Below, piece by piece: positions 36,401 to 47,800 of a stretch of DNA of 64,000 nucleotides. This stretch comes from Mizuhopecten yessoensis (taxonomy: Eukaryota). The notes under the pieces were generated by a model. It made no database searches and had not been told where the DNA came from. It worked only from the letters and a program-made list of their open reading frames with translations. Positions within the stretch are counted from its first letter, which is position 1. Each line of letters opens with the position of its first letter. Position numbers and translations under genes: made by a program. The stretch is taken from the NCBI RefSeq assembly GCF_002113885.1, contig NW_018408710.1:553902-617901 (forward strand), given 5' to 3'.

Positions 36401-39400
36401 AGAATGCATATAAAGGAATGAATATGCAATTTATATGAAACTTTGAAAACTGTATCTTATTTGCAACCTAAATATTGCATCATTGAACATGTAACTACAA
36501 CGAACGTCGTTAAAACAGGCGAACACGAAAAAGCAAGCGACGCTTTTGCAGGTTTTCATATCAGAATATGTGTGTGGAACAACCACAGCTATTTTTCAGT
36601 AAAATGTGCCAGTATTTATTTTATAAACTTACGTGTCAAGTCCCGATAAGTTGTAATAGTACAGCGATGACTTCTCGACAATTGATGGTGCCAATTCCTC
36701 TACCTGAACATAAAACTTATAACAAATCGTGGAATATCGGGAACGTATTACGATACGTCGGCTTTGTTTTGATTTGGTTTGATTTTAGTTTGCTTCACGT
36801 CCTATAAACTATAAACAGCCAAGGTCATTTGAGGACGTGCCTCCATGTGTGTAATGTATGTGTGCACATGCGAATGTGTGGCAAAGTCGGAACAAAAAAA
36901 GTGTGTCTGTTGTCTGATCATAAGATATGTTGATGTATAGATAAACAATGATAATAATTGACAACTTGACTTTAATATAAATAAGTTGTTGTTCGACTCT
37001 GAATGATATAGCCTCTGACATCCTAATATCAGCACGATGAAATATATTTTTGATTATGGATACATGACAAACATTAATGTCATTCCTGACGTCCTGATAT
37101 CAAAGCGGTTACGTACGGTTACATCACGCATGACACACGTCTATATAATTTCGGACGTCCTTACATCAACAAAATAAAATGCCTGTAATCGAAATGTTCA
37201 AGCGTGATTAAATCAGGTGCCACTGTAAGTACTCTTATGAGTTTCAAATGATTTCTGGTTGTATTTCCTTATTTTCACGTTTAGGTACTACTAACTAAAC
37301 GCCCTATTCACAGCCAATGTCATTTAAAGTGGTGCCAGCATGTGTGTTGTGCATGTTTGCATGTATGTATGTGTGCTGGAGGCAGGGTCTGTTGTATTTG
37401 CCTACTAGCGATAGCGAGGATCTGATGCCGAGTTTAGAGTGCTACCCCTTTGAAAAAATGAGCCGAACACCCCAAGCAAAGCATTCCGTCCGGTCACATT
37501 ATTCTGAAAACGGGTGAACCAGTTGTTGCGACCACATTGAATGCTAAACGTTAAGCAGTGAATAACAAATTCCTTTTTAAGGACTTTGGTATGTCCCGGC
37601 CTGGGGATAAAACCCATTGCCTACTCAATTGGGCGAATATTCAATGACAAGGCCAAATGAGAGGCATTGCTATGGAAGGAGCTAAGAAGCAAAAACAATT
37701 GGTAGGAAGTACAAAGAAAAGGTCTCAAATATTGCAAGCAGCAGACCAATCTTGGTTTCTTCAATGTCCCCTTAGCAATGACACTGAAGAAAATCTAGAT
37801 TTTGCTTGGAACAGACATGCAGGTCTATTCTTTACCCAAACTTGTGGTAGGGTCGTCCACAATTGAAGCGTGCATGAGAAAGCCAACATGGTCAATCAAA
37901 TGGCCCTTTAATATCTCTTCACGACCTTTCATAATCCCGGCCGCCTTGTGAAAGGCAAGTGGACAAACCATTGTACAACCTGACCACCCACACTGCCACC
38001 TCTTTCAGGCTTTTTACGATATAGGTAAAGGTATAGTTGTTAATGTATAATTTATTACAGAATATGTAGTCCAAGAAACAGCTGACAACAACAGAATTTT
38101 AAGACATACATGTCCTTTACCACAAAGAATAACCTCGTGCCGCCAATTAGGTTTTGGACCACCCGTATGGAATTCTGAAGCCTATCAAATCCAGTTAGAT
38201 AGCTTCGTAACAACACACTGTTCGGATAGCGTTTACCTGTTTTATATGCATTACAACAACAAAATGCATATCAAACATGCTTTAAAGAATAGGCGATACA
38301 CCTTCTTTAATGTTGACCTATTTGAACCTCAATCGCTTACTTGAATCGGTTGATAACCTCATTTCTTAATCTATCTTCGTTACTTGTGTATGTGATATTA
38401 TTCCTTTTACATTTATCCATTGGACAAAAACACCATGCAAACATTAAACACACGTAATGGTATGCCTTTATTGCCATGAATAGGTTTCCAGGTATGCCTA
38501 TCTTCCCTTTTTTTATAAACAGTCCAAACACCACATAGGGGTAAAGGATCGATACATGCTTATGTAATAGGAGAATGAAATATATATACAACCCGGATGC
38601 AAATGCATTGCAAACTTTGTGAGTTAAACTTCAAACAGGTAGCAAGAGGCAGAGGCATGGTTTATTTTCAATAGATTTTGATTTCCACAAATTTCTATTG
38701 CTGACAAACTCACATTAAGCCCTACCTGGCTTTTTAAATTTTGTCATCAATAGCAATGTGCGTTAAAGGACTATAACAACATTTGCTAAAACATCAATTT
38801 CTTAAAAAAGCAGTAAAAAAGCGATGCTATACATTAATTGCACTTGGGTAAAGAAACACGATTCTATGTTTCTCCTTGATTAATCATGTTCACGAGGATA
38901 AAGCACGAGTTAAACATGAGTAATCGAGGACAAACAAAGAATCATGTTTCTCTACAACAGGAGCAATACATATTTTATTAGCCAAATTAAACAATAATCC
39001 AATAATAATGACGATTAGGTTGACGCGTCATTCTTATCATTTAGAACTCGGTTGCGGTGGCTCTTGCCCATTTTTTCTAAAGAGGTTCCGATTGTGGAAA
39101 ATATTATCGGAGAGACTTGATCACTTGATGACCACATACTATCTTATTGCCTCGTCATGGGATCAATATCATCCAATCAGACAGGCTATTATAAATGTGA
39201 GGCATACTTTTATATTAGGTCTCATATAAGTTTGCTATACCTTAGGTGGGATATGAGAAATTTTAGTTTTAGATATGTATTTACCTTTTTCAGCCATATG
39301 TCCTCACATGTTTTGTTTTCCACCGTACCAAGGTTGACTATGCCCTGCAATTCAAAAATAACGTAAGATTTATAAATGCTTATTATAAAAAAAATCACAA

Positions 39401-39731
39401 AACTAAAACAAGTCTATCCTTATTACGCCATAAGCCTTTGACATTTTCCGAATGTGTCGTGGATTATTATTTCCAAACATGTTCGACAAAGTACTTTTGT
39501 GACAATAAGGACAATAAGAGAGATTTATATAAATATTCAGTTGATTATTTAAGATAAAAAATATTTTTATAACACAAAATTAAATCATCTAGTGTATTAA
39601 TTATGACGTATACTTACACCAGGGTTGTCTGTTAGGTCGTATGCATTACCAAGTGCTTCTAGGAGGTAACGTACTAAGAAATCCGGATTCCCCAAGGCTT
39701 TGTTGGCCCGTTTAGACAACAAACCCGCCAT
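30456..39731 (-). CDS. ACCS: 1-aminocyclopropane-1-carboxylate synthase-like PLP enzyme (ACCS family, aminotransferase class I/II), paralog A, about 419 aa
   Basis: Exons (minus): 39618-39731, 39285-39344, 36633-36703, 36119-36188, 34897-34963, 33601-33695, 33060-33134, 32717-32817, 32314-32443, 31968-32109, 31583-31725, 31047-31200, 30456-30493. Motifs GIVNLGTVENK, CNPQNPTG, VDEIYA, WGFSKDLSLSGYRCG (PLP lysine), PGWFR. No internal stops. The start may lie further upstream. Confidence 0.9.
37400..37625 (-). mobile_element. Meta-domain-type tRNA-derived SINE
   Basis: On the + strand GTCACATTATTCTGAAAACGGG..ACCAGT...AATGCTAAACGTTAAGCAG...TTTTTAAGGACTTTGGTATGTCCCGGCCTGGGGATAAAACCC, matching my recollection of the reverse complement of mollusc MetaSINE head/core. 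Confidence 0.65.
38837..38967. mobile_element. Short fold-back (palindromic) element
   Basis: GAAACACGATTCTATGTTTCTCCTTGATTAATCATGTT pairs imperfectly with AACATGAGTAATCGAGGACAAACAAAGAATCATGTTTC. Confidence 0.6.
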
Positions 39732-40629
39732 GTTGGGTAGGTGCAGTTTGTGGTTTGATATCAAATCCTTATACGCAGACTTATCGTTTGTGAAATAGCT
39801 CTTATCTGAAAAATGCACAGCTTACACACTAGTTTTTCACACATACCTGTAGCACTGTGCAGGATGCAGTTAAGTATGGCGATTGCAACGTTATACTTAT
39901 CTGGTCATAAGTCCACAGGCGAAAAAAACAAGTTTGTTACAAAAAAATTATGATAATGTTATGTTTACTTTATGTAAACGTTATGTAATCAATGGATATT
40001 AACTCACATGACCACTTTGCTGATATGATTTTGCATTACCATCCAACAGTTAATATTTTATCAGTGTATTTTGCGTTAGTTATTGATGTATGCAATATGC
40101 GTTTAATAAAGAAAGCCTCCCGTTAAACGTTATCATTACAATTCATTTGCATTATGTAAAATCGACCTTTTTGAAAAATACTTACCGTTGACAGCGCTAA
40201 TAATATTATTTAACATAAAGCGGATCGGCAAATTCTATCGACTATATCATTCGAGATTGGAATCATTTTTCTCTACTGTAAGGAAGTTGAACATATGAAA
40301 TAAAAAACAACAACAGCATTTTGATCGGCGGCAATTCACGTTTATGTTATCATTGGTATAACATACAAAAATTGCAAATCACTATATCCTGCTTGAGCTA
40401 CGACAACAGTATGACATGTATGACGCACAGACTTAACGAAGTTATGTAAGAATCCATGTGGGAGTTCAATCCGGGTTAAATACAAGTTCGGCTCTCAGTT
40501 CCTTTAAATGTTTTGCGGTCACCGAAAGCGGACATGCCGCTCAAACCCAATTAAATAAATGACCCAGCTGTATGGGGCTATTTTGATATAAAGACGCAGT
40601 TGCTGTGCAGCATTAAACTACTTACTTCT

Positions 40630-40718
40630 AAACACAGTCACCCCTGAAATATCACAATGAACTAAATTTACCTTTGAATTGGAAGAGTTCAAATGTGTCT
40701 TCAGGGGTGATCGAGTTA
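40630..40718. mobile_element. Second copy of the about 90-bp TTAA MITE
   Basis: TCACCCCTGAA...TTCAGGGGTGA inverted ends and internal similarity to 1770-1860. Confidence 0.7.
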
Positions 40719-41284
40719 AGCAATTTATTACGTTTTAAGTTCGTACCATAATTCTATGGCAAATAACGTTTTCACTATTATTTGTGAAAGTGTAGTAATT
40801 AGTCACTCGAAACATATCAGTTTAGCGGTAACATTGAAGGTTAAATCTGGCTTACTACGGATAACGAATTAGAAATACCTAGCATGAAACTTTAAATGAA
40901 AAAGATATTTAAGTAACAAAAGAAATAGTGATAAAAATATTATTTAATTATATTTGCATTCTGTGTTGCATTTACCTATATGTCGTTAGTAAACCAAATT
41001 GCAGTATATGAGACTGTATACTACAATGTACAGTGATACAGCCAGTGTAGGAATACAGCTGGTACAAGGTAAACAAACACGGCCGCCAGTCACATCCGAT
41101 ACAATAGGCCTATAGTCAGTAAACTTTCTGGATTCGTTAGCATTTAGCAATGTAGGTCATCGCAAAAAATAAAGCAACTTGACAAATTATGACAATATAA
41201 ATGTATTATAAGATGTGTAGGTACCACAAAATTATTGTAAGCGCCATTCTAGACACGAAATTACCAAGTTTGTCAACGTAATCA

Positions 41285-41485
41285 CACAGGGGCTCGGTTT
41301 TGAGAGATTTTGAGTTATGCATAACATCAGTGAATAACCACAACACTAAAATTCAGCATTTATAAAACCTTGTAAAAGTCCAGGGTATCGACAAGGTTTA
41401 AGAATGTGTATAAATATCTTTTTAAGTGTTGTGGTTCTTCAGTGATGTCATCCATTACTCAAAATCACGAAACCGAGTCCCTGTG
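41285..41485. mobile_element. 201-bp MITE with long imperfect TIRs
   Basis: CACAGGGGCTCGGTTT...GATTTTGAGT...CATCAGTGAATAACCACAACACT versus AGTGTTGTGGTTCTTCAGTGATG...ACTCAAAATC..AAACCGAGTCCCTGTG. Confidence 0.75.
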
Positions 41486-42003
41486 AACGTCGTCTGCTAG
41501 CGATGCTAATCTGACCGATTAGACATGGAATCTGTTTCAAACGAAATGTCCTTGGAATCGTTATCAACTATTGAAAGGACCACTTTAATTAAACATTTCC
41601 GAGTATATATGCTTCTGAAAATAACGTTATATTCCAGTCGATAGAAACATAAGCGTTTCCGAGGAAACAATCAAGTCCGTTCAGCGCCGCATCACTTCCA
41701 AATACATGTAATCTATCAATGCGCAAAAAACGGCTTTAATTTTAAACAAGCAGAAGTTATGCAATAATTAACACTTTCTCAACATATACACACTCATATG
41801 AAATAAGTAATACAGTTAAGTTTGTGTTCAAACCATTTTATGTGCGTGTGGTTTGCAATGACACGAGGGATTATATTATTTCTTTTGGAAAATACGGCTG
41901 CTCTGGGATTTGAACTTACTGACATCAATGATATGATAAACGGGAAATTCTAACGTATTTTTGCTTCCGTTACTATACAAAATAAACTATATAAATGTAG
42001 ATA

Positions 42004-42163
42004 TAAGCATTAAACTGTTATCAGATGCAGTATACAGTCGATATGAATGCAATTTGGGTGACAGATAAATATTCATGTCGCTAACGGGCGACATTCTATT
42101 ATCTGTCACATAAATTGCATTCATATCGACTGTATACTGCATCTGATAACAGTTCAGTACTTA
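42004..42163. repeat. Near-perfect about 150-bp palindrome (fold-back element)
   Basis: The 43-bp arm AACTGTTATCAGATGCAGTATACAGTCGATATGAATGCAATTT (from 42013) is exactly complementary to 42112-42154. Inner stem ATGTCGC/GCGACAT surrounds TAACGG. Confidence 0.9.
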
Positions 42164-43009
42164 AATAAATGAAAAAAAGAAAAAATATCACTTGGACATT
42201 TAAATATGCACTTTCGGGTTTTGACAGCTGTAAACGTCAGAAAAACATGTTTTTTTCTGTTAATGTCATGTTCCTCTTAAAATCATGTTTTCCTTCGACC
42301 ATTGTAAAGTGATTTAATGCGAAATCCATTATATTTTAAAAGGAATTAAGATATCAAATTAGGGATATAATATTATTATACAAAGTTTCTGTTGACAATG
42401 CACTTGGAGAGTAGAGAAATTTGCAAACCTGTTTGAGTCGTTTTCTTATTTTTATGACGATTTCCTCATAAATGTTTCATAATTCCCATATTGCAAATAT
42501 TTAATCCTTCAAAATGAAGCCCATTTAGCCAACTCTAGCATACGCAAACAATAGCATAAACATTCAGTCAAACAAGATTACTTGTTACACTAGATGGTGT
42601 CAGAAGGGGATTTGTTCTCTTGTTATCTACATATGCCCGGGAGACGCCATGCCATTATCTGTTGTCTGATATCATTAAAGTTCAGTTTCGTTTTAAAGAT
42701 GTTATCATTATTTGACTGGAGTCAGCGCCGGTCAATATTAATATATACACTATAAACGTGGATGCTAAGGGACATTACCCTTACTGTTGTTCATGAATGT
42801 TGGAAAGACATGCAGCAAATGAGAGTTATCACGCCTGGTACTTGATTTTATGTTACCAAACTAGACCTTCTAGTCAAGAGTAGCAAAATGCGCTATCATA
42901 TTATATTATGTCATAAAATATTATATTATTTTTATTTATATTATGTCATGTTATATTCAGACTAGAATTTATATAGAAAGAACGCTATAACTGCGTTAGT
43001 ATTCAATTA

Positions 43010-43135
43010 TAGCCTTTGGCTGAGGTCGATACCTGGATTTATCGACCCGAGAAAAGATATATTGACCGAGGACGCAAACCTGGATTTATCGACCCGAGAA
43101 AAGAAAATCCAGGTATTGACCGAAGTTAAAGGCTA
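43010..43135. mobile_element. Fold-back element with internal direct duplication
   Basis: Inverted arms TAGCCTTT..GGTCGATACCTGGATTT / AAATCCAGGTATTGACC..AAAGGCTA. ACCTGGATTTATCGACCCGAGAAAAGA is present twice. Confidence 0.6.
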
Positions 43136-43929
43136 CAGTTGTTTTATTATTTTACAAAACAGTAATGTAAGCATTCTGAAAAAAACCACAACAAAAAAGC
43201 TTCGTAAGTGGGACGGTGCATTGTTTGGAGTCAATATCGGTTTTTATCGGTGGACACGTGATGCACTCCTGGCCAATCCCTCGTTTGGAATAATATATAA
43301 AACAAAAAAAATCACTAAGAAAATTAGCTAGATGTTCATTGAGATCATGACATCTTGGCTCATCACTTTGCCAAACGATGCAGACAATACATTATGATCT
43401 TAATATGAAGCAGACACGTATCACTGTAATATAGGTTTTGATAATTTTAAAAAGCAACTAGAGAATACTTCAGTGCCGACAAAACCGCTATTCGAACTCA
43501 TAGTCGATTGAACAAGGGAATAAAAAACAATGAACAAATCAAAGATTTACGTGGATACCCTTGAACAAAGTACACTTGCAAAGAGAAAACAACTGAGAGG
43601 AAAGCAAGCGTGTTCAGCTTAATCGATGAGTGCCATGTAAATCTAGGTCGAATTCAATTAATGTAAAAGCATATTTTTTTATTCGAGATTTTTAATCTTT
43701 GGTTTCTTAAATCAAAGAAGAGATCCTAATTAAATATTTATACTTTTGTCAAAAGGACGTACATCTTGATTCGACTGATCAGATAGATTTGACAGTGTCA
43801 ATTCTCGTCGTGTGCTGTAACGTATTTAATAATAGAACTAGCGATAGAAAATAACCTGTCGATATCCAGAATTGCTTCCCGACTGCCTTCTTGTTTCTCC
43901 AATCAGTCTTAAAATGAAACATGCACAAC

Positions 43930-44110
43930 TAAGTACTAAGGGAACATAGATATGAAATTTGAGAAAGGTCTATCAAACACTTCTTGAGGAATAGCGATAT
44001 CAACTTTGAAATGCAGAATACAAAATGAAGTGTGATAGCAGAAATGTTACAATCAAGAAACGGGAAGTTAATGATCGTAGACTCAGAATCGTTACACTTA
44101 TCATAACGCT
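43930..44110 (-). mobile_element. Degraded Penelope-like retroelement fragment
   Basis: YDKCNDSESTIINFPFLDCNI resembles the YDKRDDFxFxIVNFPFLxxNIP segment seen in mollusc Penelope-like RT proteins. Confidence 0.5.
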
Positions 44111-44269
44111 TAATAGTGTTGTGTTGTTTCCCAATAATTACCTCCAAAATTATTTACGTTTTTTCAACACAGCTTCATCCACCATTTCTTACCAGGCACC
44201 ATACTAACACACTAACATCAACCCCCTTTTGAATATAATTGTGGCCAATTTGGGCTCGGACAGTTCCAT

Positions 44270-44345
44270 TGTCCAGGTAGCTTAATATGTTTCGGTATTG
44301 GTATAACAATCTGAATTCTCGGGTTCGAACCCCGGTCTTGCCCCG
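44270..44345 (+). mobile_element. tRNA-derived SINE head remnant
   Basis: A-box-like GTAGCTTAAT and B-box GGTTCGAACCC are present, but no cloverleaf can be built. Confidence 0.45.
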
Positions 44346-44864
44346 CAGAATATTCACACTCAGAACACGTTCGTTGATTAGATTTTGTTTATTTCATCCT
44401 CATTATGTTTTCTTAAAATCGAACAAGAGGTACATTTTGTTTTTTACGAAAATGATTCATGAGAGCTATAGTTATGCCGAAAAAATAAGTTTCGAATGCA
44501 TAGTTTCATTTTTGGTAGTGGTACAGGGATCCCTAAATGCACCCGTTGTACCCACAAGCTTGGGTACCCGACATATGCCACGGTGTTTTGAGCAGCGTGT
44601 TTTGTGAGTTTCCCTTTATGCGCCCCCGACAACACCACTACGCTCTATCAAGAAACTTACCTATGTCGTTTATTTCACTGTTGACCCAGTTGATACTTAT
44701 AACAATAAACTTGCCAAGCTATGTGTAACAATATCATGTAGAGTACAACACAAAGGTGGGTAACCTGCGAGTGAGATAGGCATTTGCCAGATAAGGGCGT
44801 TCTTACAAAAGATAAGTCCACTCATGAGGACGTCATATCAGACCGAAGACTGCGCCTATCCAGC

Positions 44865-47800
44865 ATGGCTGAATTGTTGTCTAAACGTGCCAACAGAGCC
44901 TTGGATATTCCGGAGTTTTTAGTGAGGTATTTGCTAGAGGTCTCTGCTAATTCATACGACCCAACGGACCACCCTAATGTAAGTATAAGTGAATGATGTA
45001 TTGACTTGGTGTAAACATAATGATGTTATAGGGTTGTAAAAGGGTAAATAAGTGATGTTTTGCCTTAACGAATCAGCTGAATACTTGTACAATACATCAG
45101 TATTATCACGAAAAAGTAGAGAGACAAAAAATCCCTTTAATCTTAACTTTAAAAATTATAACACAATCGAAAAACGTTAATGGTTGGTTGCATAATTAGA
45201 ATGTATTTGCTTTAGTTTTGTGATCATATTATAATAAGTATATTTATTAATCTGCATTTGAATTTGAATTTCAGGGCATAGTCAACCTTGGCACAATTGA
45301 AAACAAAACATGTGAAGACATATGGCTGAAAAAGGTAAATACAGTTTATATTGATGATGCCTACATAATGCTATAACATGCCCTTATAAACTGTATATCT
45401 TTATCAATATTATATCCTGTATTAAACTTAGACTACTATATCCTATGCCAAAGTGTGTAAATATTTTCAATAAGTGCTTTTCTCTTTTTTCTCTCTTTTT
45501 CATCGTTTTCCTGCTGAAATTTCATCATAAGCTAATTGCATTCACACGTTATTAAAATCGTGTAATTGTTCTTTAATTATATCGGATTTTTTTTTCATTT
45601 TGTTGATATCTCTCATTCTATAAACGAAGTCAAACGTTGACTCAGAACTTTTCATTTAACATTGACAGCATCCTTTACGGTGTCTTCTGTAGTCACTTCC
45701 TGATGAAAAAAATCGAGATGTGTTCCAAACTCTTTTTAGAGGAGTCCCGAATACTGGTTGATATCGACCAACGATGACCAACTCTTACCATCGCTCTGGT
45801 TCTGTTTATTACATTCTTACAATGTTTATCAACAAAACAGAGCCTTAATGTTTAGGCTGACAAGGGCGGGTTGGCCGGATAGAGGTCGAGAGATGACACA
45901 CATTTTAGTATAGCTAAAGAAAAGAATCGGAATTAAAACAATTGCAATCAGGAAAAAAACATTTCAGGAAAAAATAAATCTGAACTATATCGTTTCAGAA
46001 AAAAATTGCTTCTATCCAATAATGCAAAATATATTCAATATTTAGTCGATGTACACATCTTATGTTCATTTAACCGATATATTATTGACACATCAGGAAC
46101 TACATTTTTGTACGATATGTATGATTTTACGAAAGTATATTAAATCAGGAAGACCCTTGGGTACAGAAAACCATATTATTCAGTTTCATATAACTGTTCG
46201 TTTTCACTAATGGCAGTTTGTTTATACACTGTTGGTATATATTTTAAACGTTCTCAGACATATCTTTCAACTTATCTTGCTATCAGAATTTAAGGATCAC
46301 ATAGCAGAAAAAAAATGTTTTGATACATATTCTTGATATATTACGAGGTGTTGTCATATTTGTTTTCAGGTGGAGGAATTGGCCCCTTTAATTGCCGAGA
46401 AATCATCATTGTACTATTACAATTTAACGGGCTTCGAAATGTGAGTACATAATTGTACGTTATATCATTCCTGTACTGTGTGCATGAATTGCAAATTGAA
46501 CTTTTTTTACAACTATTAATAGATACGTTTTTTCAAGTTATTCACTAATGTTGGCCCGAATGAAAAAAATCAATGGTTCTTAATTTGGGAGGAAACCGAA
46601 CTACCCGGAAAAAAACACACGTCATCGGGCAGATTATCAAAAACCATTTGACGCTCGATCGTCTTGATAAACGACGATTTAGCTACATTTACTGCACTAC
46701 TATAATGAAAACCGGTTTTGTGCTACAGACTTCAAAAATGTTTCCTTTTGGCAGAAAACAAGTTATAAGATATCGCTTGTAATGTGTCAAAACATGTTTT
46801 TTCTCTCATTAGTAGTGCTTTGTTGATTTTTTAACATATTATAGAACACATTTTGGTCTGAATTTATGTACAGTATTTGTTTTATTCTTTTTCATGTTAC
46901 AGACTTCGTCAAAACATTGGCAAGTTTTTAGCAACGAAGTTTGGACTGCCGGAGCCTCTTGATCCACAAAAAGTATTTTCATTTGTCAAATTTGAAGAAA
47001 AATTAAATACGTGTACATGTAGTTTATATTTCGTATCTTTTTTTAATATGATTTTTGTTAGTTGCAAATTATTTTTTTCTGATTCAGTTTTGCGTTGATA
47101 CATCATATTTTAATTGTTCGACTATATGTCTGCAAATTTCTCAATTTAAAGTTACATTGATATTTCCTTTGCTAAAACATAAACTCATCCTTCCCTAATG
47201 TTTCTGTTTGTTTTGTGTGTGTGCGTGTGTTTGTTTTTAAATTATCTTGATGTTAGCCAATATATTTTCTAATTGAAACGTTAGCTAATATCAAATACAT
47301 TTATATTTGTTTTGGAAAAACAAATAAATAAAATTGTTTCTTTTACTTTTAATATTTGTACGCACACTTATAGTTCTCTTATCTAAATGCTTCCTTTCTT
47401 TATGTCCTAACTGATATCTCACTCATTTAATTGAATATTAATTTTGTATTTCAATATGCGTGTAAGGTTTAAATCAGATCTCCAACCCCAAAAAGGGTTT
47501 TTCATTTAAACCAATGACAAAGTTTTAAACCGTATTTATGCATCACTTACTACTAATTTGGGAGTTATACATGCATTTATGTACTATTCCTTCTGAATAT
47601 ACCCTGTATATTGAGCTATCATTCACCTGCCTAAATTGATACCTTTCTTACTATTCTAGGGTTTAAGCATTGATGTCAAATAACCTTTCGTTGCTAAATG
47701 TAAAAATGAAGTCACTTTTACTCTTCAAGATAGTCCTACTTGATGGAGTCACGGCTGTGCTCAATGCAATAGCGCTATCAATCGCCGATGAAGGTGGTAA

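Noticed and set aside
30456-39731. ACCS paralog A as a pseudogene or haplotype assembly artefact
   Set aside because: All 13 exons are open with GT-AG sites, the only frameshift is in the last few codons, and the copies are too diverged (introns largely unalignable) to be alleles.
42004-42163. Palindrome near the midpoint of the inverted ACCS pair as the fold-back origin of the duplication
   Set aside because: Its arms are almost perfect (young) while the paralogs are old, and similar fold-back elements occur elsewhere in the window; more likely a later insertion.
44270-44345. tRNA gene
   Set aside because: B-box present but acceptor and anticodon stems cannot be formed; treated as a SINE head.
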